Below are positions 1 through 10,773 of a DNA stretch of 64,000 bases, piece by piece. The notes below the pieces were generated by a model. It was not told the DNA's origin. It was given only the letters and a program-made list of their open reading frames with translations, and did not search any database. A program made the translations under genes and the position numbers. Source of the stretch: Armatimonadota bacterium (lineage in GTDB: Bacteria > Armatimonadota > SYMT01); assembly GCA_041690135.1 (NCBI GenBank), contig JAWLHY010000001.1:1504001-1568000 (forward strand), read 5' to 3'. How positions within the stretch are numbered: the stretch's first letter is position 1; each line of letters starts with the position of its first letter.

Positions 1-949
1 CGCGGGGACGGGTATTTGCAGCGGCCGTGGGTGGGGTCACCGGACCGCTCGGAACGGCTCCGGCCTGCGGCAAGGCCGCGCCGGAGCCTGCGGGAGGTTG
101 GAGGGGCGATTGGGGCTGGTCCACCCCCCCGCTAGCAGCAGATGGCGGTAATGGGACGACTTCGCCGATGGCGGCGGCGGGGAGCCCCTGAATTGGCGGG
201 CGATTGACCACCGGAGGTAACCCGACGCGCTCGCCCGGCGCTCCCGCCGTGGCTGGGGGGAATGCGGGGCGACGGGGCGCGGCTGGTGTTGGCACCACCA
301 CCGGGCTCCCTGGTCGGTTGGGGGTGATCGGAATCGGAACCGAGGGCATGGTGCGCGGGGCTGCCACGGCCGTGGTCGCGGGCGCGGGTGCCGGTGTGGG
401 AGCGGCGGTTACGGCGGTGGACGGCATGATCGGCACCCCGGACGCGCGCGCCTCCGCCGACTCGCCTCCCTGCTGGTTGGAGGCAAGCACAAGGAGTCCG
501 CCGCCGAAAACAACAGTGGCCACCACGGCGGCTGCGGCGAGTGCCAGCTTCGGAGAAGCTATCCCGGTCCGCCCTGCTCCCGCGGTGTGGCTCAACAGGG
601 CCTGCATACGCCGCTCATCGGCGGTGCGGCTGGGATCCAACTCAAGCGCCCGGCGCACGTGCTCCACGGCGGCATCGATGCGACCTTGCCGTTCGTAGAC
701 AACCGCCAGCGCGGAATGTGCCGCCGCGCTTCCGGGTTGGACCGCCAATGCAGCCTGGACCGCGGTTGCCGCTCGCTCCGGTTCACCGGCATCCAGGGCG
801 GATGCGGCATCGGCGAGCAGGCCGATCACCTGCGGGTCTTCTCCGTCGGTAGCCGCAGGCACTGCCAGGGGAGGCGGCAGTCGGGTGCCGCACTCCCGGC
901 AGTATTTGTCGTCAGATAGATTGGGGATCGAGCAGGTCGGGCAGGTCAT
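1..949 (-). CDS. Zinc-ribbon / TPR / single-TM protein with Pro-rich tail (partial, runs off window start)
   Basis: ATG at 949 after AGGAG; reads MTCPTCSIPNLSDDKYCRECG (two CxxC), then TPR-like ERQGRIDAAVEHVRRALELDP, a hydrophobic helix and a Pro/Ala-rich region. Absent from the ORF track; I assume it has no stop inside the window. Confidence 0.75.
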   Translation of the reverse strand, partial: MTCPTCSIPNLSDDKYCRECGTRLPPPLAVPAATDGEDPQVIGLLADAASALDAGEPERAATAVQAALAVQPGSAAAHSALAVVYERQGRIDAAVEHVRRALELDPSRTADERRMQALLSHTAGAGRTGIASPKLALAAAAVVATVVFGGGLLVLASNQQGGESAEARASGVPIMPSTAVTAAPTPAPAPATTAVAAPRTMPSVPIPITPNRPGSPVVVPTPAAPRRPAFPPATAGAPGERVGLPPVVNRPPIQGLPAAAIGEVVPLPPSAASGGVDQPQSPLQPPAGSGAALPQAGAVPSGPVTPPTAAANTRPR

Positions 950-1007
950 CGGCCACTTCTCCTGCTTCTTCGACGTAGCCGGGGCTGGGAGTAGTTCCCG
1001 AGCCCCG

Positions 1008-1883
1008 TCACGGAATCAGCTTCAGCAGCGGGAATTCGACGAATCCCTCCGCGCCGGCCCGCTTGAGGCGCGGGATCAGGTCGCGTACCGTCTTTTCGGG
1101 AAGGATCGTCTCCACGGCCACCCACTCCTCGTCGGCCAGAGGAGCGATCGTCGGCCGCTTCATCGCCGGGAGGATGCCGATCACCTCATCCAGGACCTCG
1201 CGGGGCACGTTCATCTTGAGCCCAACCATCCCGTCCGCGGCCAGGGCGCCCTTGAGCAGGAGGATGACGTTTTCCATCTTTTCCCGCTTCCACGGGTCCT
1301 CGAAGCTCTCTCTGTTGGCGATCCAGCGGGTGGTACTTTCGAGGAGGGTATCGATGATCCGCAGGCGGTGGGCCCGCAGCGTGCTGCCGGTCTCGGTGCC
1401 CTCCACGATCGCATCGACCAGGTGTGGGACCTTGACCTCGGTGGCTCCCCAACTGAATTCCACTTCCGCGTTGACGCCATGCTTCTGCAGGTAGCGACGG
1501 GTCACGCCGACCAGTTCGGTGGAAATCCGCTTCCCTTCCAGATCGTGGACGGTGTGGATATCGGAGTCTTCGGGCACGGCCAGTACCCAGCGGTAGGGCC
1601 GTGTGGTGGCTTTGGAGTAGACCAGTTCGGCCATATCCACCACTTCGACGTCCGACTCGACCACGTTGTCCCAACCGGTAAGTCCGGCGTCCAGGATGCC
1701 GTTGGCGACGTAGCGGGGAATCTCCTGGGCCCGTAGAAGGGTGGCGTTCAACTCCGGGTCGTCCACCCGCGGGAAGTACGAACGGCTGTCCACCTGGAAG
1801 GTAAACCCGGCTCGCTTGAACAGCGAGAACGTCGATTCCTGAAGGCTCCCTTTCGGGATGCCGATGCGGAGCTCTTTAGAAAT
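1008..1883 (-). CDS. hisG: ATP phosphoribosyltransferase (long form)
   Basis: [40 protein letters not shown] and C-terminal regulatory domain. Start appears to be ATT at 1883. Confidence 0.93.
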   Translation of the reverse strand: MSKELRIGIPKGSLQESTFSLFKRAGFTFQVDSRSYFPRVDDPELNATLLRAQEIPRYVANGILDAGLTGWDNVVESDVEVVDMAELVYSKATTRPYRWVLAVPEDSDIHTVHDLEGKRISTELVGVTRRYLQKHGVNAEVEFSWGATEVKVPHLVDAIVEGTETGSTLRAHRLRIIDTLLESTTRWIANRESFEDPWKREKMENVILLLKGALAADGMVGLKMNVPREVLDEVIGILPAMKRPTIAPLADEEWVAVETILPEKTVRDLIPRLKRAGAEGFVEFPLLKLIP

Positions 1884-1887
1884 GGTA

Positions 1888-3069
1888 CTACTCCTGAAGG
1901 CCCGCCGCCGCTTCGGCGATCCGGTCGAGACCCTTGCGGATCGCCTCCATGCTGGTGGCATAGGATAGACGAATGTTCTGCGGCACTCCGAACCCACTGC
2001 CCGGCACCACGGCCACATTTGCCTGCGTGAGGAAGTACTCGGTGAGTGCGTCACCATCGGGGTAGCGGTTGTTGGTGAGCCCGCTGATGTTGGGCAGGAC
2101 ATAGAAAGCACCGTCGGGCCGGGCGCACTGCACGCCGGGGATGGCATTCAGCCGATCGACGATGTAGTCGCGCCGTTCCTGGAAGGCGGCGCGCATCTGC
2201 CCGACGCACTCCTGGGATCCCCGCAGGGCGGCGACGGCGCCCCACTGGGCGAACGTGGTGGGATTACTGGTGCTCTGATCCTGGATGCGTCCCATCGCGG
2301 CAACGATCTCCGCATCTCCGGCGAGCCAGCCGAGGCGCCATCCCGTCATCGAATAGGCTTTGGAGAAGCCGTTGACCACGAGGGTCCGCTTCTGGATCTC
2401 CGGCCCGAATGAGGCGATGCTTACGTGGCGCCCGCTGTAAGTGAGGTGCTCGTAGATCTCGTCGCTCAGGACCAGCAGGTTCTTTTCGACGGCCAACTCG
2501 GCGATCTTCCGCAGTTCCTCCTCGCTGATGACGGCGCCGGAAGGATTGCTGGGCGAGTTGATCACGATCATTTTGGTGCGCGGGGTTATCGCCGCGGCGA
2601 TCGTTTCCGCGGTCACCCGGAAGCCGTTTTCTTCCGGCGCATCGACGAACACCGGCACGCCGTCGGCCAGCTTCACCTGCTCCGGATAGCTCACCCAGTA
2701 GGGCACGGGAACGATCACTTCGTCGCCGGGATCGAGCACCGCCTGGAACAGGTTGTAGATGCTGTGCTTGGCGCCCAGGGAAACAATGACCTGGCTGGGC
2801 TGATACTTCAGACCGTTCTCGCGCTCCAGCTTTTCGCAAACCGCTTCCCGCAGTGGCGGAATGCCCGCGGAAGGAGTGTACTTGGTCTGCCCCTTCTGCA
2901 GAGCCTCGATGGCCGCCGCCTTGATGTGCTCGGGGGTGTCGAAATCGGGCTCACCGGCCGCGAAGCCGATCACGTCCACGCCCTGGGCCTTGAGCGCATT
3001 CGCCTTTGCCGTAATGCCCAGGGTCGGCGAAGGGGCCGCATTTCGCGCCCGTTCGGAAATCCATGCCAT
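1888..3069 (-). CDS. aspC: PLP-dependent class I/II (aspartate) aminotransferase
   Basis: [21 protein letters not shown] and [14 protein letters not shown] (PLP lysine). Confidence 0.9.
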   Translation of the reverse strand: MAWISERARNAAPSPTLGITAKANALKAQGVDVIGFAAGEPDFDTPEHIKAAAIEALQKGQTKYTPSAGIPPLREAVCEKLERENGLKYQPSQVIVSLGAKHSIYNLFQAVLDPGDEVIVPVPYWVSYPEQVKLADGVPVFVDAPEENGFRVTAETIAAAITPRTKMIVINSPSNPSGAVISEEELRKIAELAVEKNLLVLSDEIYEHLTYSGRHVSIASFGPEIQKRTLVVNGFSKAYSMTGWRLGWLAGDAEIVAAMGRIQDQSTSNPTTFAQWGAVAALRGSQECVGQMRAAFQERRDYIVDRLNAIPGVQCARPDGAFYVLPNISGLTNNRYPDGDALTEYFLTQANVAVVPGSGFGVPQNIRLSYATSMEAIRKGLDRIAEAAAGLQE

Positions 3070-3085
3070 TGATCCGTCTCCCGTC

Positions 3086-4333
3086 TTACTCTTCAAACCG
3101 CTTCAGCACCAGGGTCGCGTTGTGCCCGCCGAACCCGAAGCTGTTGGACATCACCACGTCGGCGCGTAGCTCGCGCTTGCCTGCCGACACGTAGTCGAGG
3201 TCGCAATCCGGGTCCGGGTTCTCCAGGTTGATCGTCGGCGGCACCACGCCGTCCCGAATCGCCTGCACGCAGAACATCGCCTCGATCCCGCCGGCCGCCC
3301 CCAGCAGGTGCCCGGTCATGGACTTGGTGCTGCTCATGGGGGTCCGGTAGGCGTGCTCTCCCAGCACTGCCTTTACCGCTGCCGTTTCATTCTTGTCGTT
3401 CGCGGGGGTGGAGGTGCCGTGCGCATTGATGTAGTCCACCTGCTCCGGTCGCACGCCGGCATCCTGCAGGGCATTCGTCATCGCTCGGACCGCTCCGGCC
3501 CCTTCCGGCGCGGGCTGCGTCATGTGGTAGGCGTCGCCGCTCATACCGTAACCCGCGACTTCCGCGAGGATTCGCGCGCCGCGCCGCCGGGCAAATTCCA
3601 GTTCTTCCAGCACCAGGACCGCGGAGCCCTCGCCGATGATAAACCCGTCTCGCAGCGCATCGAATGGCCGGCTAGCCGCCGTCGGTTGGTCGTTGTAGCG
3701 GGTGGAAAGCGCCCGGCAAGCGGCAAACCCGCCCACCCCCATCGGGGTGATGGCGGCTTCCGCCCCGCCCGCCAGCATCGCGTCGGCGTCACCTCGGCGA
3801 ATGATCATCGCAGCGTCGCCGATCGCGTTGGTCCCCGTGGCGCAGGCGGTGACCACGCAACTGTTGGGGCCGCCGAAACCAAACCGGATGGAGACCTGGC
3901 CGCTCGCCATATCGCAGATCATCATCGGGATGAAGAAGGGGCTCATGCGGTCGAAGCCCTTCTCCGTCGCGTTGCGGATCTCGCGCTCCAGGGTCTCGAT
4001 GCCTCCGATGCCGGAACCGATCATGACCCCCACGCGGGTGCGGAGTTCGGCCGGCACTTCGAGACGCGCGTCATCGACGGCCTGCTGGGCGGCCGCTATC
4101 GCGAACTGCGTGAACCGGTCCATCTTCCGCGCTTCTTTGCGCTCGAGGTGCTTGAGCGGATCGAAGCCCTTCACCTCCGCCCCGATTCGCACCGGCAGCC
4201 CGGCGGTATCGAATAGGGTGAGCGGCGCCACGCCCGACTGGCCCGCGAGGACAGCCTGCCAGCTCTCTTCCGCGGTCAGTCCCACCGGGCTCACACAGCC
4301 CAGACCTGTGATTACTACGCGTCTCCTGGACAT
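3086..4333 (-). CDS. fabF: 3-oxoacyl-ACP synthase II
   Basis: RRVVITGLG, TACATG, INAHGTST, GHLLGAAG, SNSFGFGGHN. Confidence 0.97.
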   Translation of the reverse strand: MSRRRVVITGLGCVSPVGLTAEESWQAVLAGQSGVAPLTLFDTAGLPVRIGAEVKGFDPLKHLERKEARKMDRFTQFAIAAAQQAVDDARLEVPAELRTRVGVMIGSGIGGIETLEREIRNATEKGFDRMSPFFIPMMICDMASGQVSIRFGFGGPNSCVVTACATGTNAIGDAAMIIRRGDADAMLAGGAEAAITPMGVGGFAACRALSTRYNDQPTAASRPFDALRDGFIIGEGSAVLVLEELEFARRRGARILAEVAGYGMSGDAYHMTQPAPEGAGAVRAMTNALQDAGVRPEQVDYINAHGTSTPANDKNETAAVKAVLGEHAYRTPMSSTKSMTGHLLGAAGGIEAMFCVQAIRDGVVPPTINLENPDPDCDLDYVSAGKRELRADVVMSNSFGFGGHNATLVLKRFEE

Positions 4334-4357
4334 AAGTTGCTTGTTCTGTTACTCAGA

Positions 4358-4399
4358 CCCCCTCTTCCCGCGAACGAAAGCGTCGGTCGGAAGAGGGGG
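4358..4399. terminator. Stem-loop between acpP and fabF (stabiliser or weak terminator)
   Basis: 11-bp inverted repeat CCCCCTCTTCC / GGAAGAGGGGG; no clear poly-U. Confidence 0.45.
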
Positions 4400-4421
4400 A
4401 TGAATTGGACGGGAAACGGTC

Positions 4422-4658
4422 TCAGGCCTTGGTCTTATCTTCGAGGTAAGCTACTGCCTGCTGGACGTTGGAGATCTTCTCCGCGTCTTCGTCGGGGATC
4501 TCGATATCGAACTCTTCCTCGAACGCCATGGTCAGTTCCACCATGTCCAGCGAGTCGGCGCCCAGGTCTTCGACGAAGGATGCCTCGGGTGTAACTTCGT
4601 CCGGGTTGACGTCCAACTGCTCCGCGACGACCTTCTTGACTCGATCAAACGTCGACAC
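4422..4658 (-). CDS. acpP: Acyl carrier protein
   Basis: GTG start after GGAGG; DLGADSLD phosphopantetheine motif. Confidence 0.97.
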   Translation of the reverse strand: MSTFDRVKKVVAEQLDVNPDEVTPEASFVEDLGADSLDMVELTMAFEEEFDIEIPDEDAEKISNVQQAVAYLEDKTKA

Positions 4659-4778
4659 TTTCTTCCTCCAGTAACGGGTATGTGGGTTGCCCGCGCGGGC
4701 ACCGCTTTGGGTTTTGGGGAGCCACCGCTCCGTTAACGTGTCCGCCCGCACCCGGACGAACGAAACTTTATCGCGCTA

Positions 4779-5555
4779 TCAGCCGATAAGGCCGCCATCG
4801 ACTACCAGAACCTGGCCGGTCATGTAGGCGGCGGCCGGTGAACAGAGAAATGCCACCACTCCGGCGATGTCTTCCGGCTCGCCCAGCCGGCCCAGCGCAA
4901 TCTGCTTCAGGGTCTGGGCGGCAAACTCTTCGGGGAGTTTCTCCGTCATCTGGGTGCGAACCCACCCGGGAGCCACGGCGTTGCAGGTGATGCCGCGCGA
5001 GCCGACCTCCCGCGCGATCGACTTGGTGAACCCGATCATGCCGGCCTTCGAGGCGGCGTAGTTGGCCTGCCCCGGATTCCCGGTGATGCCCATGATCGAA
5101 GTCACGTTGATCACGCGCCCACTCCGCTGGCGCACCATCCGTTTGATGGCGGCCCGCGTGCAGTTGAAAGTCCCCTTCAGGTTCACGTCCAGAACGGCGT
5201 CCCAGTCCTCTTCGGACATGCGCATCAGCAGACCGTCGCGGGTGATGCCCGCGTTGTTGACCAGGATATCGATCCGGCCCAACTCCTCCACGACGGCTGC
5301 GACCAGTTGCTCTGCCTGCTCCGTGGAGGCGACGTCGCACTGTCGGGCGAGGGCCTTCCGGCCGAGACCGCGGATTTCCGCCGCCACGGCTTCCGCCGCG
5401 GTCACGTCGCGGCTGACCGCTACCGCCACGTCGGCACCGCCGCGGGCCAGTTCCCGCGCGATGGCCTGGCCGATGCCGCGCCCGCCGCCGGTGACCAGCG
5501 CTACCTTACCTTCAAGACCTTCAAGACCTTTGAGACCTTCAAGTCCAAGACTCAT
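4779..5555 (-). CDS. fabG: 3-oxoacyl-ACP reductase
   Basis: [24 protein letters not shown]; lies in the fab cluster. Confidence 0.95.
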   Translation of the reverse strand: MSLGLEGLKGLEGLEGKVALVTGGGRGIGQAIARELARGGADVAVAVSRDVTAAEAVAAEIRGLGRKALARQCDVASTEQAEQLVAAVVEELGRIDILVNNAGITRDGLLMRMSEEDWDAVLDVNLKGTFNCTRAAIKRMVRQRSGRVINVTSIMGITGNPGQANYAASKAGMIGFTKSIAREVGSRGITCNAVAPGWVRTQMTEKLPEEFAAQTLKQIALGRLGEPEDIAGVVAFLCSPAAAYMTGQVLVVDGGLIG

Positions 5556-6556
5556 CTACCTGTCCACTTCACAATGCATGAGGCCCAGGTGAGACCCGCG
5601 CCGAAACCAACCAGCGCCAGCAGGTCTCCCGGGCGCACTTTGCCCTCCGCACGGGCCTCGTCGAGTGCGATCGGAATCGAGGCGGCGGAGGTGTTCCCAT
5701 ACCGCTCGACGTTGCTGTAAACCCGTCCCGTATCGAGCCCCAGGCGTTTGGCCGCAGCCTCTAGAATTCGGTTGTTCGCCTGGTGGGGCACCATCAAGTC
5801 CAGGTCCGAGACCGCGAGGCCCGCCCGGCCGAGGGCGCGCAAGGTGCTCTCTTCCACTGCTTTGACCGCGAACTTGAACACTTCGCCGCCCGCCATGCGG
5901 ATGCTGTTGATCTGTTCCGCGTCCGATCCGGTGGTCAGTGGATGGCCGTGGCCCCCCGGCACCACGGAGAGCATTTCCGCTCCCCCACCGTCGGAGCCCA
6001 GGTCAAATGAAAGGAAGCCCTCTTCCTCTCCCACCCGACCCAGGACCGCGGCTCCGGCGCCGTCCCCGAACAAAACGCAGGTGGCCCGGTCTTGCCAGTT
6101 GGTGATGCGGGACAGGGTCTCCGCCCCGATGACGAGAACATGGCGATAGAGGCCCGTCTGGATGAACTGCGCGCCCACGGCCAGCGCGTAGATAAAACCG
6201 GAGCATCCCGCCGCCAGGTCGAAGGCCGCGGCGCGGGTGGCACCCAGGCGGTGCTGCACCACCGACGAGACCGCCGGGAAAGGCTGGTCGCCGGTCACCG
6301 TGGCCACGATGACCAGGTCGATCTCGGCGGGCTCCAGGGCAGCGTCTCGCAGGGCAGCCTGGGCCGCGCCGAGGGCGAGGTCGGCGGTGGATTCTTCCGG
6401 GCCGGCGATCCGGCGCTGGCGAATTCCGGTACGAGTGACGATCCATTCGTCACTCGTTTCCACGATCTCTTCGAGGTGGCGGTTGGTGAGGACGCGCTCG
6501 GGGACGTAACTGCCTAACCCAAGGATCCCGGCGGGAACGACCCCAGTGCCCCCCAC
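5552..6556 (-). CDS. fabH: 3-oxoacyl-ACP synthase III
   Basis: [31 protein letters not shown]; start uncertain (in-frame GTG at 6556). Confidence 0.95.
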   Translation of the reverse strand: MGGTGVVPAGILGLGSYVPERVLTNRHLEEIVETSDEWIVTRTGIRQRRIAGPEESTADLALGAAQAALRDAALEPAEIDLVIVATVTGDQPFPAVSSVVQHRLGATRAAAFDLAAGCSGFIYALAVGAQFIQTGLYRHVLVIGAETLSRITNWQDRATCVLFGDGAGAAVLGRVGEEEGFLSFDLGSDGGGAEMLSVVPGGHGHPLTTGSDAEQINSIRMAGGEVFKFAVKAVEESTLRALGRAGLAVSDLDLMVPHQANNRILEAAAKRLGLDTGRVYSNVERYGNTSAASIPIALDEARAEGKVRPGDLLALVGFGAGLTWASCIVKWTGR

Positions 6557-6572
6557 CCCACCGGGCCATGGG

Positions 6573-7559
6573 TCAGAGAGCAACCTGGTCGCGGATCTTG
6601 TCAATGATTCCATGCCTGACGGCCTCTCCGGCGGTACGGATTGCGTTGGTGACTGCGTTGGGGTTGGAGCGTCCGTGGCCAATGATGCAGATCCCATTGA
6701 CCCCGAGGAGCAACGCCCCCCCACGCTCTCCATAGTCGGTCCGACGCTTGATGCGAGTGAAGGCGGGTTTAAGCATTGCAGCGGGGACGCGGAGGAGGGG
6801 GTGGGTCTGAATTTCCTTGCGGATGGCGTGGAGGACCAGTTCGGCAACGCCTTCGCCCACTTTCAGGATCACGTTGCCCGTGAACCCGTCGCAGACGGCG
6901 ACATCGCAGTTGCCGTTGAAGAGGTCGCGCCCTTCGACGTTACCGATGAAGTTTACCGGTGCCGACCGGAGAAGGGTCAGGGCTTCGCGTGCCAGCTCGT
7001 TCCCTTTGCAGTCCTCTTCTCCGATGTTGACCAGGCCGACCCGCGGCCTGGCCATACCCAGCACTTCCTGCGCGTAGACACTGCCCATCACGGCATACTG
7101 CACCAGGCAGTGCGCGCCCACGTCAACGTTGGCGCCGGCATCGAGGAGGATGGTGTGCCCATCCTGATTGGGGAGAGGGAGCGCCAGGGCCGGTCGATCT
7201 ATCCCGGGAATCCGTCCCAATTTGAACAGGCTAACGGCCATGCACGCCCCGGTGTTGCCGGCGGAGAACATGGCGCTGGCCTGACCCTCTTTCACCAGTT
7301 CGGCGCACACCACCAGGGAAGCGCCCTTCTTGCGGCGAACGGCCTGCGCCGGCTGGTCGTGCATTTCCACGACGTCCGGCGCGTCGACGATCTCGATGCG
7401 GGTACCCTCGGTACCGAACCGCTGGAGTAGCGGTTCGACTTCCGATTTGCGGCCTACCAGGAGAAGCTCAAGACCGTACCTGCGGGAAGCATTAACGGCA
7501 CCTTCCACGACCGCCGTGGGCGCGAAATCGCCGCCCATCGCGTCTACGGCGATCTTCAC
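6573..7559 (-). CDS. plsX: Phosphate acyltransferase PlsX
   Basis: IAVDAMGGD, SAGNTGA, LDAGAN, NIGEE..KG, DGFTGN. Confidence 0.96.
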   Translation of the reverse strand: MKIAVDAMGGDFAPTAVVEGAVNASRRYGLELLLVGRKSEVEPLLQRFGTEGTRIEIVDAPDVVEMHDQPAQAVRRKKGASLVVCAELVKEGQASAMFSAGNTGACMAVSLFKLGRIPGIDRPALALPLPNQDGHTILLDAGANVDVGAHCLVQYAVMGSVYAQEVLGMARPRVGLVNIGEEDCKGNELAREALTLLRSAPVNFIGNVEGRDLFNGNCDVAVCDGFTGNVILKVGEGVAELVLHAIRKEIQTHPLLRVPAAMLKPAFTRIKRRTDYGERGGALLLGVNGICIIGHGRSNPNAVTNAIRTAGEAVRHGIIDKIRDQVAL

Positions 7560-7562
7560 AGG

Positions 7563-7799
7563 TTACTCCTGCGGAGCTTCCTCGGAGCCGGTCTGCCCCG
7601 CCGATCCACCCCGCTCGCGAGCGCGAACATCGATGACCATGCGGTTCCCGTAGAAGCCGCAGTTCGGACACACGTGATGCGACAGCTTGGGGCCGTGGCA
7701 CCGCGGGCAGGGCGTGACGTTCGGAACGTCCAATTTCCAGTTCGCCGCACGGCGCTGCGTGGTCCGGGCGTGCGATGTTTTTCGCTTAGGTAAAGGCAT
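7563..7799 (-). CDS. rpmF: 50S ribosomal protein L32 (Zn-binding form)
   Basis: MPLPKRKTSHAR, CPRC..HHVCPNCGFY; directly upstream of plsX. Confidence 0.95.
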   Translation of the reverse strand: MPLPKRKTSHARTTQRRAANWKLDVPNVTPCPRCHGPKLSHHVCPNCGFYGNRMVIDVRARERGGSAGQTGSEEAPQE

Positions 7800-8010
7800 C
7801 GGGAACCAACCTCACATCTCTTCACGCCCCCGGGGACAGGTCCGCTCCAGGGACGAGGCTATCGGTCTTGAACAGCCCGGCCCACGTTCGGCCAGGCAAA
7901 CCGGTGTATTGTATCAGGCAAGTCGTAACCTGGGAATAGGGGAAAGCATTGGGCGTCGGGAAGTAGGAGCGCAGACGTCTCGTCCGCCAGGGGCATCCGG
8001 TCGGGCGGAC

Positions 8011-8060
8011 AGGTGTTCGGGTGTTCGGTGTTCAGGCATTCGGGCGTTCGGCATTCAGGC
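8011..8060. repeat. Degenerate 7-8-mer tandem array (GGTGTTC/GGCATTC units)
   Basis: aggtgttc gggtgttc ggtgttc aggcattc gggcgttc ggcattc aggc. Confidence 0.8.
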
Positions 8061-8123
8061 GCTGGGCCTACCCCTCGGGTTGGAAACGTTGCATGTTCGG
8101 GCGGCCAGGCACCGCCTACGATC

Positions 8124-8247
8124 GTCATTGCGAGGAGCGATAGACCAGAACCAACTTCTCAGTCGCGATGAACTTCCATCGAAGCGGCCAGCTACCTGAA
8201 CTAGTAGGGTAAGCGACGCGGCAAGCCCCCAGGTCAGGGCAGCCGTC
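8124..8247 (+). repeat. Dispersed ~125-bp non-coding element, copy A
   Basis: Colinear with the reverse complement of 14619-14745 (gtcattgcgaggagcgatagacc ... aagcgacgcggc ... tcagggcagccgtc). Confidence 0.8.
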
Positions 8248-8298
8248 CTTACATGTCAACGTAGGTGAGAGCCTCCGATCCAGGAGACGCATGTTGAA

Positions 8299-9075
8299 TT
8301 GGTGAATGTAACTACCGTGAACCCACTTTGGAGACATTCCGAGCGACCTGCCATTGGTGTTTATGTTGGCAGATGGTGTTTGCTGACGGCGATAGCACTC
8401 GCGGTGCATGGTGTGGCTTACTTTGTGTTTGGTTACCGACCGGTAACCGGATGGGGTCTCGTTTTCGTCCAGGCGGTCAATCTCTCCACCTTTCTCACGG
8501 TTTGGCCTGCTTGGATCGAAGGCCGGATACGACGAAATGCTCCGCGGTTCACGTCCGGTGACTGTCCAGAGATCGAGATTCGCCATCGCGAATCGGGAGA
8601 AATCTTACTGACGGTGGGCGAAGAAGAACTGAGCGGGGTCGATCTGCGCGGGGCAAAGCTGGCCAGAGCGAACCTCGTCGGGGTGGATCTCAGCGAGGCG
8701 AAACTCCAGGGTGCCAACCTCGATAGTGCCCTGCTGATCCACTGTGATCTGGACGATGCGAACCTTCGCGATGCCATCCTGAAGGATGCCAGCCTGTATT
8801 CCTCTCACCTGTCCGGGGCCGACCTGCGCGGTACCGATTTGCGTGGGGCCAACCTGACCCACGCGAACTTGACCGGTGCCCTTTATGATGAACGTACCTG
8901 GTGGCCCAGGGGCTTTCATCCCGAGAAACGGGGTTGCATTCGTGTGGATGCCGCCGAAGATCCATCCATCGAATCCTCAACCCAGACGGTCGTCGAGCGG
9001 CCAACCGGTATGCTGGGCGAGGAAGCGACCGAGTGTGCGGAGGTCGTCGTATTGCGAGGAGGCCAGTTGCCGTGA
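8299..9075 (+). CDS. Pentapeptide repeat protein with N-terminal membrane segments
   Basis: Two hydrophobic stretches, then A(D/N)LxG repeats ending ALYDERTWWP; start uncertain. Confidence 0.75.
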   Translation: MVNVTTVNPLWRHSERPAIGVYVGRWCLLTAIALAVHGVAYFVFGYRPVTGWGLVFVQAVNLSTFLTVWPAWIEGRIRRNAPRFTSGDCPEIEIRHRESGEILLTVGEEELSGVDLRGAKLARANLVGVDLSEAKLQGANLDSALLIHCDLDDANLRDAILKDASLYSSHLSGADLRGTDLRGANLTHANLTGALYDERTWWPRGFHPEKRGCIRVDAAEDPSIESSTQTVVERPTGMLGEEATECAEVVVLRGGQLP

Positions 9076-9963
9076 ATGGCCTCGTTCCGTTACCCACAGG
9101 TAGCATGGATCGGTGCGGGCGTTTTTGCCCGCCTCTGAAGCAAGAGCGATTCCCGCACCTACGAAGCGCCGACGCGAACGCAACCCCAGAAAACTTCGGC
9201 TCACGCCAAGCGCATTTTCCGAGATTTCCCACGCTTCTTCTTGAAAGCCCCACCGCGCAAGCCAGACTACCGGGCACAGGAGCAGCGGGAGACCCACCAC
9301 GGCCAGCACCGGTATGCGTTGCCTCCAGGCCAGCAGGAGGAGGAAGAGACCGCATACTGCCGGAAGAACAGTCAGCCACCAGGTATGGCGGCAGAGCAAG
9401 CCCAGGGGATAACGAACGCGGCTGATCCGCAAGATTCCTTCCGGGGAAAGTTCATCCACCCGCCAGTTCTCTGGCGGCCGGCCGGCATTCGTACGTTCTT
9501 CCACAAAGTCTTCCGGTGCTAATACTGGGGCGCCAAATCGCCGCGCCAGCGCCACGGCGTCCCCCGGCCGGCAGACTGCTTCGACCCGCTGGTCGCGCCG
9601 TTGCACCACGAGGGTCGCTCCGACCACGATTCGGGATAGGGGGTAGAGTCGGGCTTCGACCACCCTTCCGCCAAGCTGATTGAGCAGGCTGGCTAGCAAA
9701 TCTTGGGTCGCATACAGTGGCGAATAGGCGTGTTGCAGCACGCTCTGGATACCCGGAACCTCATCAGCGGAAAGCCAGATGGGGAAGGTACGACCCTTCG
9801 CATCCTGGAGGTCCACGAAGCAGGCACCGCTCTCATACTGAAAACAGTCGCCGGCCTTCAGGACCACCACCGGAGAGTCACCCCACGCGATTCGCGGAGG
9901 GGTGACAGGCGTTTCCGGGCCCGCATTTGCCAGGGTAAGCGTTTCGTCGGTTGCCCGCAACAC
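8977..9963 (-). CDS. DUF151 (bifunctional nuclease)-like domain fused to a C-terminal membrane domain
   Basis: RTFPIWL, TQDLLASLL, RPGDAVALARRFGAPV resemble DUF151; two TM helices follow. Confidence 0.6.
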   Translation of the reverse strand: MLRATDETLTLANAGPETPVTPPRIAWGDSPVVVLKAGDCFQYESGACFVDLQDAKGRTFPIWLSADEVPGIQSVLQHAYSPLYATQDLLASLLNQLGGRVVEARLYPLSRIVVGATLVVQRRDQRVEAVCRPGDAVALARRFGAPVLAPEDFVEERTNAGRPPENWRVDELSPEGILRISRVRYPLGLLCRHTWWLTVLPAVCGLFLLLLAWRQRIPVLAVVGLPLLLCPVVWLARWGFQEEAWEISENALGVSRSFLGLRSRRRFVGAGIALASEAGKNARTDPCYLWVTERGHSRQLASSQYDDLRTLGRFLAQHTGWPLDDRLG

Positions 9964-10105
9964 AATAGATTCCTGTAGAGTTGGAGAAGGGTGGTTCCCA
10001 GCGGAACACGAAAGGTCTCATCCCTACCGGTGTCGGTCTGTGATGAACCCCATTTCCTTGCAATTGCCGGAATCGTCTGGGCTTTCCTGCGAGTACCACA
10101 AGTCT

Positions 10106-10726
10106 ATGCAACCAGAAGCAGTGAATGAACTGGTTCGGCAGGTGCTGATACGGCCCGATGAAACGTGGCGGGGCACCAACCCGGCGGTTGGGGATTTGGC
10201 CTCACTCGGTGCGGCGGGAGTGGCTGCGGTGCTCACGGCGATGAGCGGACCGTTTCCGCCGGAGGTGGTCTCGCGAGACGGGATTGAACTCTTGGCTACC
10301 GTCCTTCACGAGACAGCTAAACGCGATCCATTCCCTCTGATCGAGGTGCTGGATCGGGAGTTGTTCCCGGCCGATCCCCACCTGGTGTTCGTGGTCTCGG
10401 CCCTGGGAACCTCGCGGACCGAGGCGTCGCGGGAAGCCTTGAAGCGAGCCCTGCGTCACCGGAACCTGTTCGTCCGATGGATGGCGGCTTCCGGTCTGGC
10501 GCGTTCGCCGGCGAAAGTGGCGAAGCCGGAGATGGTCGTCGCTCTGCGGGATCGCTCTCCGGACGTCAAGTTCGAGGCCGTGGAAGCCCTACGGAAGCGC
10601 AAAGCGTTGCGCAGCCCAGAGGCGTTGGAGCCGCTCCGGCGCATTGTGCGAAGTCCATCGCTCCAGAAGCACAGTCCCGGGCTCTGGCGGAACGCCCGGG
10701 ATCTGCTGGCGGAGATGGAGAGTTGA
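10106..10726 (+). CDS. HEAT-repeat protein
   Basis: ALRHRNLFVRWMAASGL and ALRDRSPDVKFEAVEAL. Confidence 0.7.
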   Translation: MQPEAVNELVRQVLIRPDETWRGTNPAVGDLASLGAAGVAAVLTAMSGPFPPEVVSRDGIELLATVLHETAKRDPFPLIEVLDRELFPADPHLVFVVSALGTSRTEASREALKRALRHRNLFVRWMAASGLARSPAKVAKPEMVVALRDRSPDVKFEAVEALRKRKALRSPEALEPLRRIVRSPSLQKHSPGLWRNARDLLAEMES

Positions 10727-10773
10727 AGTTCTGTTCCTCCAGAGCGTGGCGAGGCTGCGCGGAAAGGTAGCGG

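Noticed and set aside
6551-6569. Out-of-frame ATG and G-run at the fabH 5' end as a possible frameshift or phase-variation site
   Set aside because: An in-frame GTG at 6556 gives a full-length protein, and the G-run is only 6 nt.
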